Shown piece by piece: positions 27,695 through 37,064 of a DNA stretch of 64,000 bases. The first letter of the stretch is position 1. The number at the start of each line of letters is the position of its first letter. Position numbers and translations under genes: made by a program. Where the stretch lies: positions 168,515-232,514 of the IMG/VR virus record IMGVR_UViG_3300028416_000004. One strand, given 5' to 3'. Under the pieces are notes generated by a model, which was given only the letters and a program-made list of their open reading frames with translations, did no database searches and was not told where the DNA came from.

Positions 27695-30445
27695 TTATGC
27701 TAATGGAGTAAAGTTACCATAATAATCAGGGTTTACAGCAATTGCTTCTTGTCCGTAAATCACAACTGATGCTCCAGTTTCAGGTGCTACATTGAACGTG
27801 AAGGTACCTTGAGTGTTACCTTTAGCATCTACTACTGAACTGAAAGTATAATCAACATCTCTTTCTTGTAATAAACCATTTAAGTAGATTGCTCCACTTC
27901 CATTAATTAATACACTGAAATCTACAGTTACACCATCTCCGACTGCACTATTTAAAATCACAAACTTCCCGACATTAACAGCGTTTAAAATCATAGATTT
28001 GATTTCAACTAATGCTCCGTTAACACCATCTTTGATAGCTTGGTCGATTGAGTTTTGAACTGAAATCTCAGCAGATAACACAACTTCTAATGAAGCGTCA
28101 GCAGCAAGTCTTGCAGCTTTCTCTACAGAGTCAGCAGCTTCGAATGCAGCTGTTACAGCAGCGTCACCAGCAATTCTTGCGTTTTGTTCAGCTAAGTCAG
28201 CAGATTCTCTAGCAGCAACTTCAGTTGAGATATCAGCGTTTACTTTAGCTTCTAATGAAGCGTCAGCAGCTTCTCTAGCAGCAACTTCAGTTGAGATATC
28301 AGCGTTTACTTTACCTTCTAGTGAAGCGTCAGCAGATTCTCTAGCAGCAACTTCAGTTGATAAAGCAGCGTCATTACTCAATACGTAAGAAGCAAATGCT
28401 TGGTCGTTTTCAGTATCAACAGAGTTGATTAGTGTTACGATTTCAGCAAATGAATCTTTATCAGCATCAGAAGCCTCTAAGATAGCATCAATTCTACTTT
28501 TTTCAGTAGATACTTTAGCCTCTAATGAAGCGTCTCCTGAAACTCTCGCTGATTCTTCAGCAGATACGTCAGCATCGATTTTAGCTTCTAATGAACCATC
28601 AGCAGCAACTCTTGAACTAGCTTCAGAACTGATTGCAGCTTCTCTAGCAGCAACTTCAGTAGAGTATTCAATAGCGTGAGTTGATTCCTCAGTAGACAAT
28701 CTTAATTCTAATGAAGCATCAGCAGCAGCTCTAATACTAGCTTCAGCAGATACGTCACCTGTTACAGTAGCATCAAAGTTATCTAAAATTCCTTTAGTAA
28801 TGAATGATAAAGCATCATATCCAGCTAAACTATCTGGTTGAACACCAGCTTTGTTTAAACCTTCGAATGTTCTTTCTCCAGCTGTACCTTCAGCAATAAC
28901 ATCTTTCATTCTAATGTTGTTATCACCATCAACTTCGATTGTTACATCATCAGTTAAAGGTAATGCATCGATTTCAGCTTCCAATGAAGTATCACTAGCT
29001 AAACGAGTTGATTCTTCAGCATCTAATTCACTAACAACTTCTGCGAATGAATCGATTGAGTTTAAGTCAGTGTTAGCGATGATTGAAGAAACCTCACTTG
29101 ATAATACTGTAGCGATTGAATCTTCAGCTTCAGTAGCTCTTGAAATCTCAGCAGCTAATGCAACATCTAATGAACCATCAGCAGCAATTCTTGCAGCTTC
29201 TTCACTAGCTATAGATTCATTTAAATCCTTAGACTCAAGTTCGATTTTTTCATTTAATGAAGCATCAGCAGATACTCTTGAACTTACTTCAGATTCGATA
29301 GCTGTATCATGCTGAGCATCTTTAGCTGTAGCTCTAGCTATCTCAGCGTTTAATTCATTTTGAAGGTCAGTATCTGTATTTATCGCTCTAGTTATTTCGT
29401 CATCGATTTTAGCTTCTAATGAACCATCAGTAGCAATTCTTGCAGATTCTTCAGCTGACATGTCAGCATCGATTTTAGCTTCTAATGAACCATCAGCAGC
29501 AATTCTTGCAGATTCTTCAGCTGACATGTCAGCATCGATTTTAGCTTCTAATGAAGCGTCAGCAGCTTCTCTAGTAGCTTTCTCTACAGAGTCAGCAGCT
29601 TCGAATGCAGCCGTTACAGCAGCATCACCAGCAATTCTTGCGTTTTGTTCAGCTAAGTCAGCAGATTCTCTAGCAGAAACCTCAGTTGAGATATCAGCGT
29701 TTACTTTACCTTCTAATGAAGCGTCACCTGAAATTCTTGAAGATACTTCAGTTGATAAAGCAGCATCATTAGATAATACATAAGATGCAAATGCTTGGTC
29801 ATTTTCAGTATCAACAGAGTTGATTAATGTTACGATTTCAGCGAATGAATCTTTATCAGCATCAGAAGCCTCTAAAATAGCATCAATTCTACTTTTTTCA
29901 GTAGATACTTTAGCCTCTAATGAAGCGTCTCCTGAAACTCTCGCTGATTCTTCAGCAGATACGTCAGCATCGATTTTAGCCTCTAATGAAGCGTCTCCTG
30001 AAACTCTCGCTGATTCTTCAGCAGATACGTCAGCATCGATTTTAACTTCTAATGAACCTTCAGCATCTTTAGCTCTAGTAGTTTCATCACTGATTGATGT
30101 CTCTAATGAACCTTCAGCATCTTTAGCTCTAGCAACTTCAGCATCGATAGCTGCATCATGTTCAGCATCTTTTGCTTCAGCTCTAGCAACTTCAGCAGCG
30201 ATTTCAGCATCATGTTCAGCATCTTTTGCTTCAGCTCTACTCTTCTCGTTGGTAATTGCTTGTTCTAAATTTTGTAAGTCGTCAACTAACCCAGGTAAAT
30301 CTGATTTCTCAATACCAATTGGTCTTAAAATTTCAGCATCAGTCAATTTACCGTCTGATTGTTTATTTAAGATAATCCTAGTTCCACCTGTAAAATTGTT
30401 TGTTGGCTCTACTGGTGCTTCTAATAAAAATAATCTATTTTCCAT
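27695..30445 (-). CDS. Long repetitive coiled-coil tail fibre/whisker-like protein
   Basis: 916 aa Ala/Glu/Ser-rich 18/21/22-aa repeats (EESAR.AAD.SLEAKID), DSFAEIV motifs, and a C-terminal IYLNGLLQ..DY..F..AP..G domain also seen twice in 31808..32521. Confidence 0.7.
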   Translation of the reverse strand: MENRLFLLEAPVEPTNNFTGGTRIILNKQSDGKLTDAEILRPIGIEKSDLPGLVDDLQNLEQAITNEKSRAEAKDAEHDAEIAAEVARAEAKDAEHDAAIDAEVARAKDAEGSLETSISDETTRAKDAEGSLEVKIDADVSAEESARVSGDASLEAKIDADVSAEESARVSGDASLEAKVSTEKSRIDAILEASDADKDSFAEIVTLINSVDTENDQAFASYVLSNDAALSTEVSSRISGDASLEGKVNADISTEVSARESADLAEQNARIAGDAAVTAAFEAADSVEKATREAADASLEAKIDADMSAEESARIAADGSLEAKIDADMSAEESARIATDGSLEAKIDDEITRAINTDTDLQNELNAEIARATAKDAQHDTAIESEVSSRVSADASLNEKIELESKDLNESIASEEAARIAADGSLDVALAAEISRATEAEDSIATVLSSEVSSIIANTDLNSIDSFAEVVSELDAEESTRLASDTSLEAEIDALPLTDDVTIEVDGDNNIRMKDVIAEGTAGERTFEGLNKAGVQPDSLAGYDALSFITKGILDNFDATVTGDVSAEASIRAAADASLELRLSTEESTHAIEYSTEVAAREAAISSEASSRVAADGSLEAKIDADVSAEESARVSGDASLEAKVSTEKSRIDAILEASDADKDSFAEIVTLINSVDTENDQAFASYVLSNDAALSTEVAARESADASLEGKVNADISTEVAAREAADASLEAKVNADISTEVAARESADLAEQNARIAGDAAVTAAFEAADSVEKAARLAADASLEVVLSAEISVQNSIDQAIKDGVNGALVEIKSMILNAVNVGKFVILNSAVGDGVTVDFSVLINGSGAIYLNGLLQERDVDYTFSSVVDAKGNTQGTFTFNVAPETGASVVIYGQEAIAVNPDYYGNFTPLA
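28110..29995. repeat. Nested intragenic repeats (63/66-nt units; ~450-bp block duplicated at 1395/1461-nt offset)
   Basis: 28411 aligns to 29806 (offset 1395) and 28116 to 29577 (offset 1461); 63-nt tandem units at ~29403-29540 and ~29900-30050. Confidence 0.85.
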
Positions 30446-30726
30446 TTGTTTTTTTAATTATTATGTTTTATTCTACACTCTTTCGTGTCGTTTTTGGCAT
30501 ATACATAATTAATTTAAATATAAAATAGGATTATAAATATAAATGATTAAAAACTATTAAAATATTTTTATACAAAAAAATATTTATTAAAAGTTTTTTT
30601 TAATATAAATGTGAAATAAATCTTCAAATTTTGTTTGAGAGATTTCTTGATATAATATATAAATTTAAATATTTGAGCCTTGGAAGCTCATTGCAATTAA
30701 TAAATATAAAGAAAAAAAAATAAAAA

Positions 30727-31464
30727 CTATTTTTTAACATTTTTTAACAAATAATCTACCTTGTTTATTTTCTTTAAAATATATAAACCTCTAATTTTAA
30801 AAAACTTATTACAATATTCTAAAAAACTTTCATATGTTTTAAATTTGTTAAATTTAGGAATGTTATATGATTGTAAAATATTAAATTCTTTTTTACATTT
30901 TTTATTTTTAAAATTTTCAACTTTGAAATCTAACATTTTTTTTATTTCATTTTTATAATAAAAATTATTGTCAAAAAAATGATTTTCTAAAAAAGAAGGT
31001 ATTTCTAATTTTGTTGAATAATAAAAAAAGCGAATAACTTTTATTAAGTTAGGTATTTTACTTTTGTCTGTTGTTAATAATTTTTGAAAATCTTCAGTAT
31101 ACAACTCTTTAACTTCTTTACTTTCTTTAATTGGTTTACCTCCATTTTTATAAATGCACCAATCAACATAAATATGTTTTAACTCATGTAACAAAGAATC
31201 AACTGTTAAATTATTTACATTCAAAGTAAGATAAGATATATATTCATTTTTGTCTTTATGGAATCCAGATTTATCATGTAAATACTCATTCAATTGACCT
31301 AACTCAATAATAATTTTATCTACACCAAAATTTTCATATATACCTTTTAAGGATTTAATGTCTATGATTAGTTTTTCATTAATATTATCTTCAGAATAAT
31401 AGTTTGATATTTCTTCTACAATAAAATCTGTTAAATTTTTAACTACTAAAGATATTCCTAACAT
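30727..31464 (-). CDS. Hypothetical protein with HExxH zincin-like motif
   Basis: LLHELKHIY preceded by a beta-strand; 245 aa. Confidence 0.55.
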   Translation of the reverse strand: MLGISLVVKNLTDFIVEEISNYYSEDNINEKLIIDIKSLKGIYENFGVDKIIIELGQLNEYLHDKSGFHKDKNEYISYLTLNVNNLTVDSLLHELKHIYVDWCIYKNGGKPIKESKEVKELYTEDFQKLLTTDKSKIPNLIKVIRFFYYSTKLEIPSFLENHFFDNNFYYKNEIKKMLDFKVENFKNKKCKKEFNILQSYNIPKFNKFKTYESFLEYCNKFFKIRGLYILKKINKVDYLLKNVKK

Positions 31465-31496
31465 AATAACAAAAAATTAATATGTTATAATCTTAA

Positions 31497-31721
31497 TTAA
31501 AGGTTATAAATAAGATTTTTTAAATTTTTGATTGAATTTGTATAAGACAAAGGTTTACAGTTTCCTTCTTCAGTTAAATAAAGATTAACTAAATTTAATA
31601 ATTCTTCAGTTTCATCAAAAATAAAAGAAACTTTATTCTTATTTTTTTCAACCGAAATTTTTTGGTTGTTCAACTTTAAGAAAGCTGCTAAATATAAATC
31701 GTTTGTTTTGTACTTATTCAT
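31497..31721 (-). CDS. DUF5659-like small protein
   Basis: YKTNDLYLAAFLKL...KVSFIF pattern as recalled for DUF5659. Confidence 0.6.
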   Translation of the reverse strand: MNKYKTNDLYLAAFLKLNNQKISVEKNKNKVSFIFDETEELLNLVNLYLTEEGNCKPLSYTNSIKNLKNLIYNL

Positions 31722-31807
31722 GTTTCAATTATTTTATAGTTCTCATTTTTGCGTTATTAATAAATATGATTTTTTTTTTTATTTTATGATTTATATTAAT
31801 TTTATTT

Positions 31808-32521
31808 TTAAAAAAATCTATAAGTACATTTTATTCTAGAATCTTTTAAAGGTGGGTATTTGAATATAATTTGATTATCAACAATTTCATAATCATAATC
31901 TTGACTATCATCTTGTAGTAATCCATTTACATAAACATGTTCAGAGTTTATTTCAGGTAGATTTTGTAATAAAAATATATTATTAAATCCATCAGCAACC
32001 CCTTCTGGTATTTCTTTGTCTGAAATTTGAAGTTCTGGGGAGATTTTTTCTATTAGTCTATAAGTACATCTAACTTTTGAACCTAAATAAGGTGCTTTTC
32101 TAAATGTTATAACATTTCCGAATATAGTATAATCATTTTCTTCTCCTGGGTCTTGTAAAGCTCCATTTAGATAAACATGCTCAGAGTTTTCTTGTGGTAT
32201 TTGAGATAATATAAATTCTCTATTTATACCATTAACTATCCCAGTAGGTATCTCTTTATCTAAAAAGCTTTTTTCGTCTTTATTGTCTATTGATAGGGGT
32301 TGCCAATCAGTAGTGGTAAAGTTCCAATCAACATCTTTTAGAATATAAAAAGAATTACTTTCTAAAATATACACCATCATCCCAGACTTTCGTCTCTCTG
32401 CTGGTAAACTATTTAATTGAAATGCACTATTAAGAACAGCATAAGAACCAACATCCATAGGTGTAGCATATATGTTGTTGTTTAAAATGTTCCTACTATT
32501 ATATGTAATTAAAGATGGCAT
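31808..32521 (-). CDS. Tail fibre-associated protein with two repeated beta domains
   Basis: N-terminal LPAERRKSGMMVY; two copies of G..NG.N..F.L...P...SEHVY.NG.LQ...DY.I..N.I.F...P...S...CTY. Confidence 0.65.
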   Translation of the reverse strand: MPSLITYNSRNILNNNIYATPMDVGSYAVLNSAFQLNSLPAERRKSGMMVYILESNSFYILKDVDWNFTTTDWQPLSIDNKDEKSFLDKEIPTGIVNGINREFILSQIPQENSEHVYLNGALQDPGEENDYTIFGNVITFRKAPYLGSKVRCTYRLIEKISPELQISDKEIPEGVADGFNNIFLLQNLPEINSEHVYVNGLLQDDSQDYDYEIVDNQIIFKYPPLKDSRIKCTYRFF

Positions 32522-32548
32522 ACTAATAAATAGTAAATTTTTAATTTA

Positions 32549-33592
32549 TTAACCTCTAATTAACCGAATCCATACATTATCTGCAACTGCTGTAAACCAA
32601 TAATTCGCATTAAAGTAAGCTTGACCTTGATATGTATCTAATATTGTAGGACCTACATATACACCATTAATATCCCAATTTGTAGAATTATCTAATAAAG
32701 ATATGTTATAAGCTGACAATATATAAGCATCTAAAATTGGAATCTCTTCAACTGTACCTCCAGTTGGTGTTGAAGTACCTACGACTGATTTCCCTGTTAA
32801 ATTTTGAAACTTTTCAAATGTAACACTTTGAGGTTGTATAGTTGTACGACCTGAATAATTAATAAAAACATCACCAATAACATCTACAGCTTGAGGATTG
32901 TTAGTTTGGTCTCCAATAAATATTTGCGCTTGATTTATGGAAGGTAAAGGTGTTAAAGCTCCTATTGGAGCAAATAAATTAGATAAATCAGTAGAACCTG
33001 AAGAAATTACCCCAGAAACTTCAAAATCACCATTAATAGTTAATCCTGTAAATTCATCTATAACAACTTCTAAAATGGAAGAATCACTCTTAGATAAAGT
33101 TAATTTATTCGCATTATCATATGTTAAACCATTAGTAAATACATCAGAACCAATTGTAGAAAAAATATTATACAAATCAGTTCCTGCAGAGTAAATTACT
33201 CCACCATTTTCAGCTAACCTAGCATTTTCCGTGTATAAAGAATTACTCTTATTAGCATTTATGTTAACACCTCCAGCAATTACCGTATTATAAATATTAT
33301 CGTCAATAGTATTACTTAACCCTCCTAATATTGCTGAATAATCAGAATTAGAACCTATAGCATTAGTTAAACCTCCTAATACTGCTGAATAATCACCTCC
33401 AGCATCACTATTGGAATTTTTTAAAACAACTGAATTGTTACCACTACCAACTTCAAATAAGCTTAATGTACTTCCACTACCTAATACAACACTATCAATC
33501 TCACGCTTCAATGTACGCAAATTAACAGCATCCTTATCATACTTGGGGTCTGATAAATTTAATCCTCTTCCGTTTTTAAAATCGTTTGACAT
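32549..33592 (-). CDS. Tail fibre-like protein with YadA-head-like repeats
   Basis: NLSDPKYDKDAVN neck-like motif; GDYSAVLGGLTN / SDYSAILGGLSN repeats. Confidence 0.65.
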   Translation of the reverse strand: MSNDFKNGRGLNLSDPKYDKDAVNLRTLKREIDSVVLGSGSTLSLFEVGSGNNSVVLKNSNSDAGGDYSAVLGGLTNAIGSNSDYSAILGGLSNTIDDNIYNTVIAGGVNINANKSNSLYTENARLAENGGVIYSAGTDLYNIFSTIGSDVFTNGLTYDNANKLTLSKSDSSILEVVIDEFTGLTINGDFEVSGVISSGSTDLSNLFAPIGALTPLPSINQAQIFIGDQTNNPQAVDVIGDVFINYSGRTTIQPQSVTFEKFQNLTGKSVVGTSTPTGGTVEEIPILDAYILSAYNISLLDNSTNWDINGVYVGPTILDTYQGQAYFNANYWFTAVADNVWIRLIRG

Positions 33593-33608
33593 ACTATTAA
33601 ATATTTAT

Positions 33609-34742
33609 TTAACTAATGTATTCCGTATCACAATCAGTTGACCCATAATCATCTAAACTGGTAATAAATTTACCTATTGTATCATGTTTAGTTACAACCC
33701 AACAATCTAATCCAACATCTGAACCAAAATATGTAAATTCAATTACAGTTCCTCTTTTTAAATTAAAATCATCACTAGAAGCATTTGCATTTGTCAATTC
33801 AATTCCAGTACTATCTCCAATACCATAAAAAATAGAAGTATTATATGTTATATTTACTGATATATATTCTTTAAATGTATTTGAATTCCGCATATTAGCA
33901 ATAATTATAACATCTCCTGTATTTCCTGTTGTAGGTAAAAAGTTTTTATTTGTAGGATTTGATTGAAATAATGAATAAAATTTATTTACTTCTAAAACTA
34001 TTGAGTTACTTAAATTTTCTCCTGTTAAGTTTATGAAATTAGTATCGTATTCTTTTTGGTTTACATCACCATTAGACTCTAAAGTTAAAACATTTGTTAG
34101 GTTATTATCATTAGATATATTATTAATATTTAACTTTGAAACATATACCATATCATCATCATAAAGATTAGTCATTGAAGAACCTCCTAAAATCGCACTT
34201 TTATTACCAAGACATTTTAAATCATACAATGTACTTGTAGAAGAATTTATAAATGAATAATCTCCATCTATTTGAACATATTGACCAGATGCAAAAGAGT
34301 AATCTCCATAAGTTAAAGTTCTATTATTTATACTAGTCGAACAAGCTCCAGAAGAAATACTTAAATTATTTAATGACAAAGAATAATTTCCATAAGATTT
34401 ACACTCATCATTAGATGTAAAAGAATAATCTCCAAATGATGTAGTTTTATTTCCTTGTGCAAAAGAATAATTACCAATAGCAGTTGTTTGATGTCCAGAA
34501 GCAAAAGAATAATCACCACCAGCAACATTTTTATATCCATTAGAAAAAGAAGTATTTCCAGATGAAAAATTATCATTACCAGCAGCAAATGAATAATTAG
34601 CAGATGCTAAATTTCCAGTTGAATTATCGGCTATTATTGAATAATTTCCAGTACTAGCACTCCACAAAGAGGTCAAACCAGATAGACTATTAATTTTAAT
34701 TCTACCTTCATTTATATTATCTCCACTTAATATTAAATCCAT
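33609..34742 (-). CDS. Tail fibre-like trimeric protein (gp9/gp10-like N-terminus, YadA-head-like 14-aa repeats)
   Basis: SGDNINEGRIKIN; repeated G.YSFA.G..T.A. Confidence 0.7.
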   Translation of the reverse strand: MDLILSGDNINEGRIKINSLSGLTSLWSASTGNYSIIADNSTGNLASANYSFAAGNDNFSSGNTSFSNGYKNVAGGDYSFASGHQTTAIGNYSFAQGNKTTSFGDYSFTSNDECKSYGNYSLSLNNLSISSGACSTSINNRTLTYGDYSFASGQYVQIDGDYSFINSSTSTLYDLKCLGNKSAILGGSSMTNLYDDDMVYVSKLNINNISNDNNLTNVLTLESNGDVNQKEYDTNFINLTGENLSNSIVLEVNKFYSLFQSNPTNKNFLPTTGNTGDVIIIANMRNSNTFKEYISVNITYNTSIFYGIGDSTGIELTNANASSDDFNLKRGTVIEFTYFGSDVGLDCWVVTKHDTIGKFITSLDDYGSTDCDTEYIS

Positions 34743-34757
34743 ATTTTTTTATTTTGT

Positions 34758-35852
34758 TTATTGAATTCTAGATTTAAAAAAATCATAATGCTCAGTTCTT
34801 AAATTACTAACAAAATTATTTATAACCCAGAAATAATTTGATGAATTATAATAAAAGAAAGTTAATTCGATATATTCATATTCATATAAATATAAAGATT
34901 TATTATCAATTTTTTTTGGAACATCATTAAAATAAGATAAATATACATTAGGAGGAAAATATAAACGAGTAACACTACTTTCATCACTAACTAATTTTAT
35001 TTTTTTTCCAAAATCTGAAGAATTAGAAGTAGGCATTGTAAAAGTATTATAATTACCAACTTGATAAGTTCCATTTGTCTTGCTAACATATCCATTATTT
35101 AAGGTTATATTAATATTTTGTCCTGTTATGTGATTCCAAACAAAAAAAGATGAAGGAATTACCAAATCTTTCGTTATGACATTTCCATTTAAATCTATAG
35201 ATAAAACTTTTGTTGGAGGAGAAGAAATGTCTTCTACTGTATCTATTTTAACAGAAGGAACATATACAGTATCATCACTCCCCCCAGTTATATTTTCACC
35301 TCCAATAATAGCACTTCTATCACCTGTTATTAATGAATTTTTTGAATAAACAAAAGAATAATCGCCAATAGCAGATGAATTATAACCACTTGCAAAAGAA
35401 TAATTTCCAGAAGCAATTGTCTGATATCCAGAAGCAAAAGAATAATCACCAATAGCAGTTGTTTGATATCCAGAAGCAAAAGAATAATCACCAATAGCAG
35501 TTGTTTGATATCCAGAAGCAAAAGAATAGTTTCCTATGGCAGTTGTTTGTAATCCAGAAGTAAAAGAAAAATCTCCAATTGAACTACCACTCTCTCCTGT
35601 TGCAAAAGAATAATCTCCATCAGCACTTACATTTTTACCATAAGCAAAAGAATATAATCCATTAGATTTGCTTTTTAGACCTCCAGCAAAACTATAGTCA
35701 TTTGAAGATATATTATTTGTATCATTTATAGATATAATTGAATTGTTACCAGTAGTAGAACTCCAAATATTAGAATCCCCAGAAAAATTTTCATTTATTT
35801 TATCTACAGCTTCAAAAGTTGTATCGCTTGTTAATATGTAATTAAAACTCAT
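34758..35852 (-). CDS. Tail fibre-like trimeric protein (gp9/gp10-like N-terminus, YadA-head-like 14-aa repeats)
   Basis: SDTTFEAVDKINENF; tandem GDYSFASGYQTTAI. Confidence 0.7.
   Translation of the reverse strand: MSFNYILTSDTTFEAVDKINENFSGDSNIWSSTTGNNSIISINDTNNISSNDYSFAGGLKSKSNGLYSFAYGKNVSADGDYSFATGESGSSIGDFSFTSGLQTTAIGNYSFASGYQTTAIGDYSFASGYQTTAIGDYSFASGYQTIASGNYSFASGYNSSAIGDYSFVYSKNSLITGDRSAIIGGENITGGSDDTVYVPSVKIDTVEDISSPPTKVLSIDLNGNVITKDLVIPSSFFVWNHITGQNINITLNNGYVSKTNGTYQVGNYNTFTMPTSNSSDFGKKIKLVSDESSVTRLYFPPNVYLSYFNDVPKKIDNKSLYLYEYEYIELTFFYYNSSNYFWVINNFVSNLRTEHYDFFKSRIQ
35350..35570. repeat. 42-bp coding tandem repeat (about 5 units)
   Basis: GCAAAAGAATA recurs at 35392, 35434, 35476 and 35518; the same unit occurs at 34459-34517 in the neighbouring paralog. 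Confidence 0.85.
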
Positions 35853-35869
35853 AATTTTTATATCTTTTT

Positions 35870-37054
35870 TTAAATAAATCTATCACTCAATAAAGCATCA
35901 AAACCCGTTGTTGAATTATATTTTTGAAAATTTTGCAATGTTGTTATATTTGAAATTACCCATTTTATTCCTGAACTAATATTAATACAAGTAAATTCAA
36001 CAGTTTCATAAATAAATAATTGAAAATTCTTAGTATTACCATATGTATATGTATTACTTGTTATTAATGTATCATTCAATTCATCTTTTCCTCCACCTAA
36101 AACTATTAAATCTAAAGCTCCTATAACTTTTATTTTAACACCACTTGTATTTGGCATAAAAGACAAAATTCTTACAGAATCTCCAATTGAAGCAGTAGTA
36201 GGTAATCTTAAGGTGTAAGCAACTGATGGAGATGATAATTCATTAATTATATAAGAAGAGTTTATATTAAGATTTCTAGTAATAGGTTGACCATTTATTT
36301 GTTGCCAATTTTTATAGTTATCAATACCATCGCCAGGTAAACTTGTTTTTTCTACATTTTTAGTAGTTGTATTATAAACTAAAACATCACTACTAGAAGA
36401 ATTACCAGTAACTGTTTGAATGTTTAAGTATGGTACATATACAGTTTTTGGAGAATTTGCACTTATATTTTGTCCACCTAAAATTACACTATAACTAGCA
36501 GACGAACTTAAGGATGAGTATGGAGAACAAAAAATAGATGAATATAATCCATCATTTACATTATTTAATCCACCAAATATATTAGAACCTCTTGAATTTG
36601 AAGTAGAGTTATAACCTTGTAAATAAATGACACCACCTGAAGAAGTTATAACATTATTTGCTCCTATACAAAAATTTTCAGAATAATTAACTGTATCTCC
36701 TAAACCAACTGTATTTCCTGAACCATAAATTACACTCAACTTACTAGTTGAAATATTATTTTGTCCATATAAAGAATTATAGTCTTTTACTGAATTGTTA
36801 TTTTTACCAATCAAAAAACTTGAATTGTTACCAGTTAAATTTTGACCATAAATAAATGAATAATCACCATTAGATAATGAGTTTTCGCCACCAACAACAC
36901 TATATTCTCCTAATGATTCATTATTAGTGGAATTATTTGCTACTATAGAATAAGAACCAGTACCAGCAGTCCATAAAGACAAATTATTATATATATTATT
37001 AATTTTTTGTCTTCCTTCTTCTAATGTATCTCCTGTGTTTATTATATTTGACAT
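35870..37054 (-). CDS. Tail fibre-like trimeric protein (gp9/gp10-like N-terminus, beta-helix repeats)
   Basis: TGDTLEEGRQKINNIY; LWTAGTGSYSIV shared with its paralogs; G.N/S repeats. Confidence 0.7.
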   Translation of the reverse strand: MSNIINTGDTLEEGRQKINNIYNNLSLWTAGTGSYSIVANNSTNNESLGEYSVVGGENSLSNGDYSFIYGQNLTGNNSSFLIGKNNNSVKDYNSLYGQNNISTSKLSVIYGSGNTVGLGDTVNYSENFCIGANNVITSSGGVIYLQGYNSTSNSRGSNIFGGLNNVNDGLYSSIFCSPYSSLSSSASYSVILGGQNISANSPKTVYVPYLNIQTVTGNSSSSDVLVYNTTTKNVEKTSLPGDGIDNYKNWQQINGQPITRNLNINSSYIINELSSPSVAYTLRLPTTASIGDSVRILSFMPNTSGVKIKVIGALDLIVLGGGKDELNDTLITSNTYTYGNTKNFQLFIYETVEFTCINISSGIKWVISNITTLQNFQKYNSTTGFDALLSDRFI

Positions 37055-37064
37055 ATTTTAAATT

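Noticed and set aside
27695-30445. Horizontally acquired island suggested by higher GC
   Set aside because: The GC rise is explained by Ala-rich GCT/GCA codons; the flanks and regulatory signals match the rest of the genome.
28425-30512. Antisense ORFs at 28425, 28851, 29460 and 29820 as real genes
   Set aside because: They are mirror frames of the Ala/Ser/Glu repeat fibre gene, whose codon pattern avoids stops on the opposite strand.
35350-35570. CRISPR array suggested by regularly spaced repeats
   Set aside because: The 42-bp units are contiguous, have no unique spacers and encode in-frame 14-aa fibre repeats; no cas genes are present.
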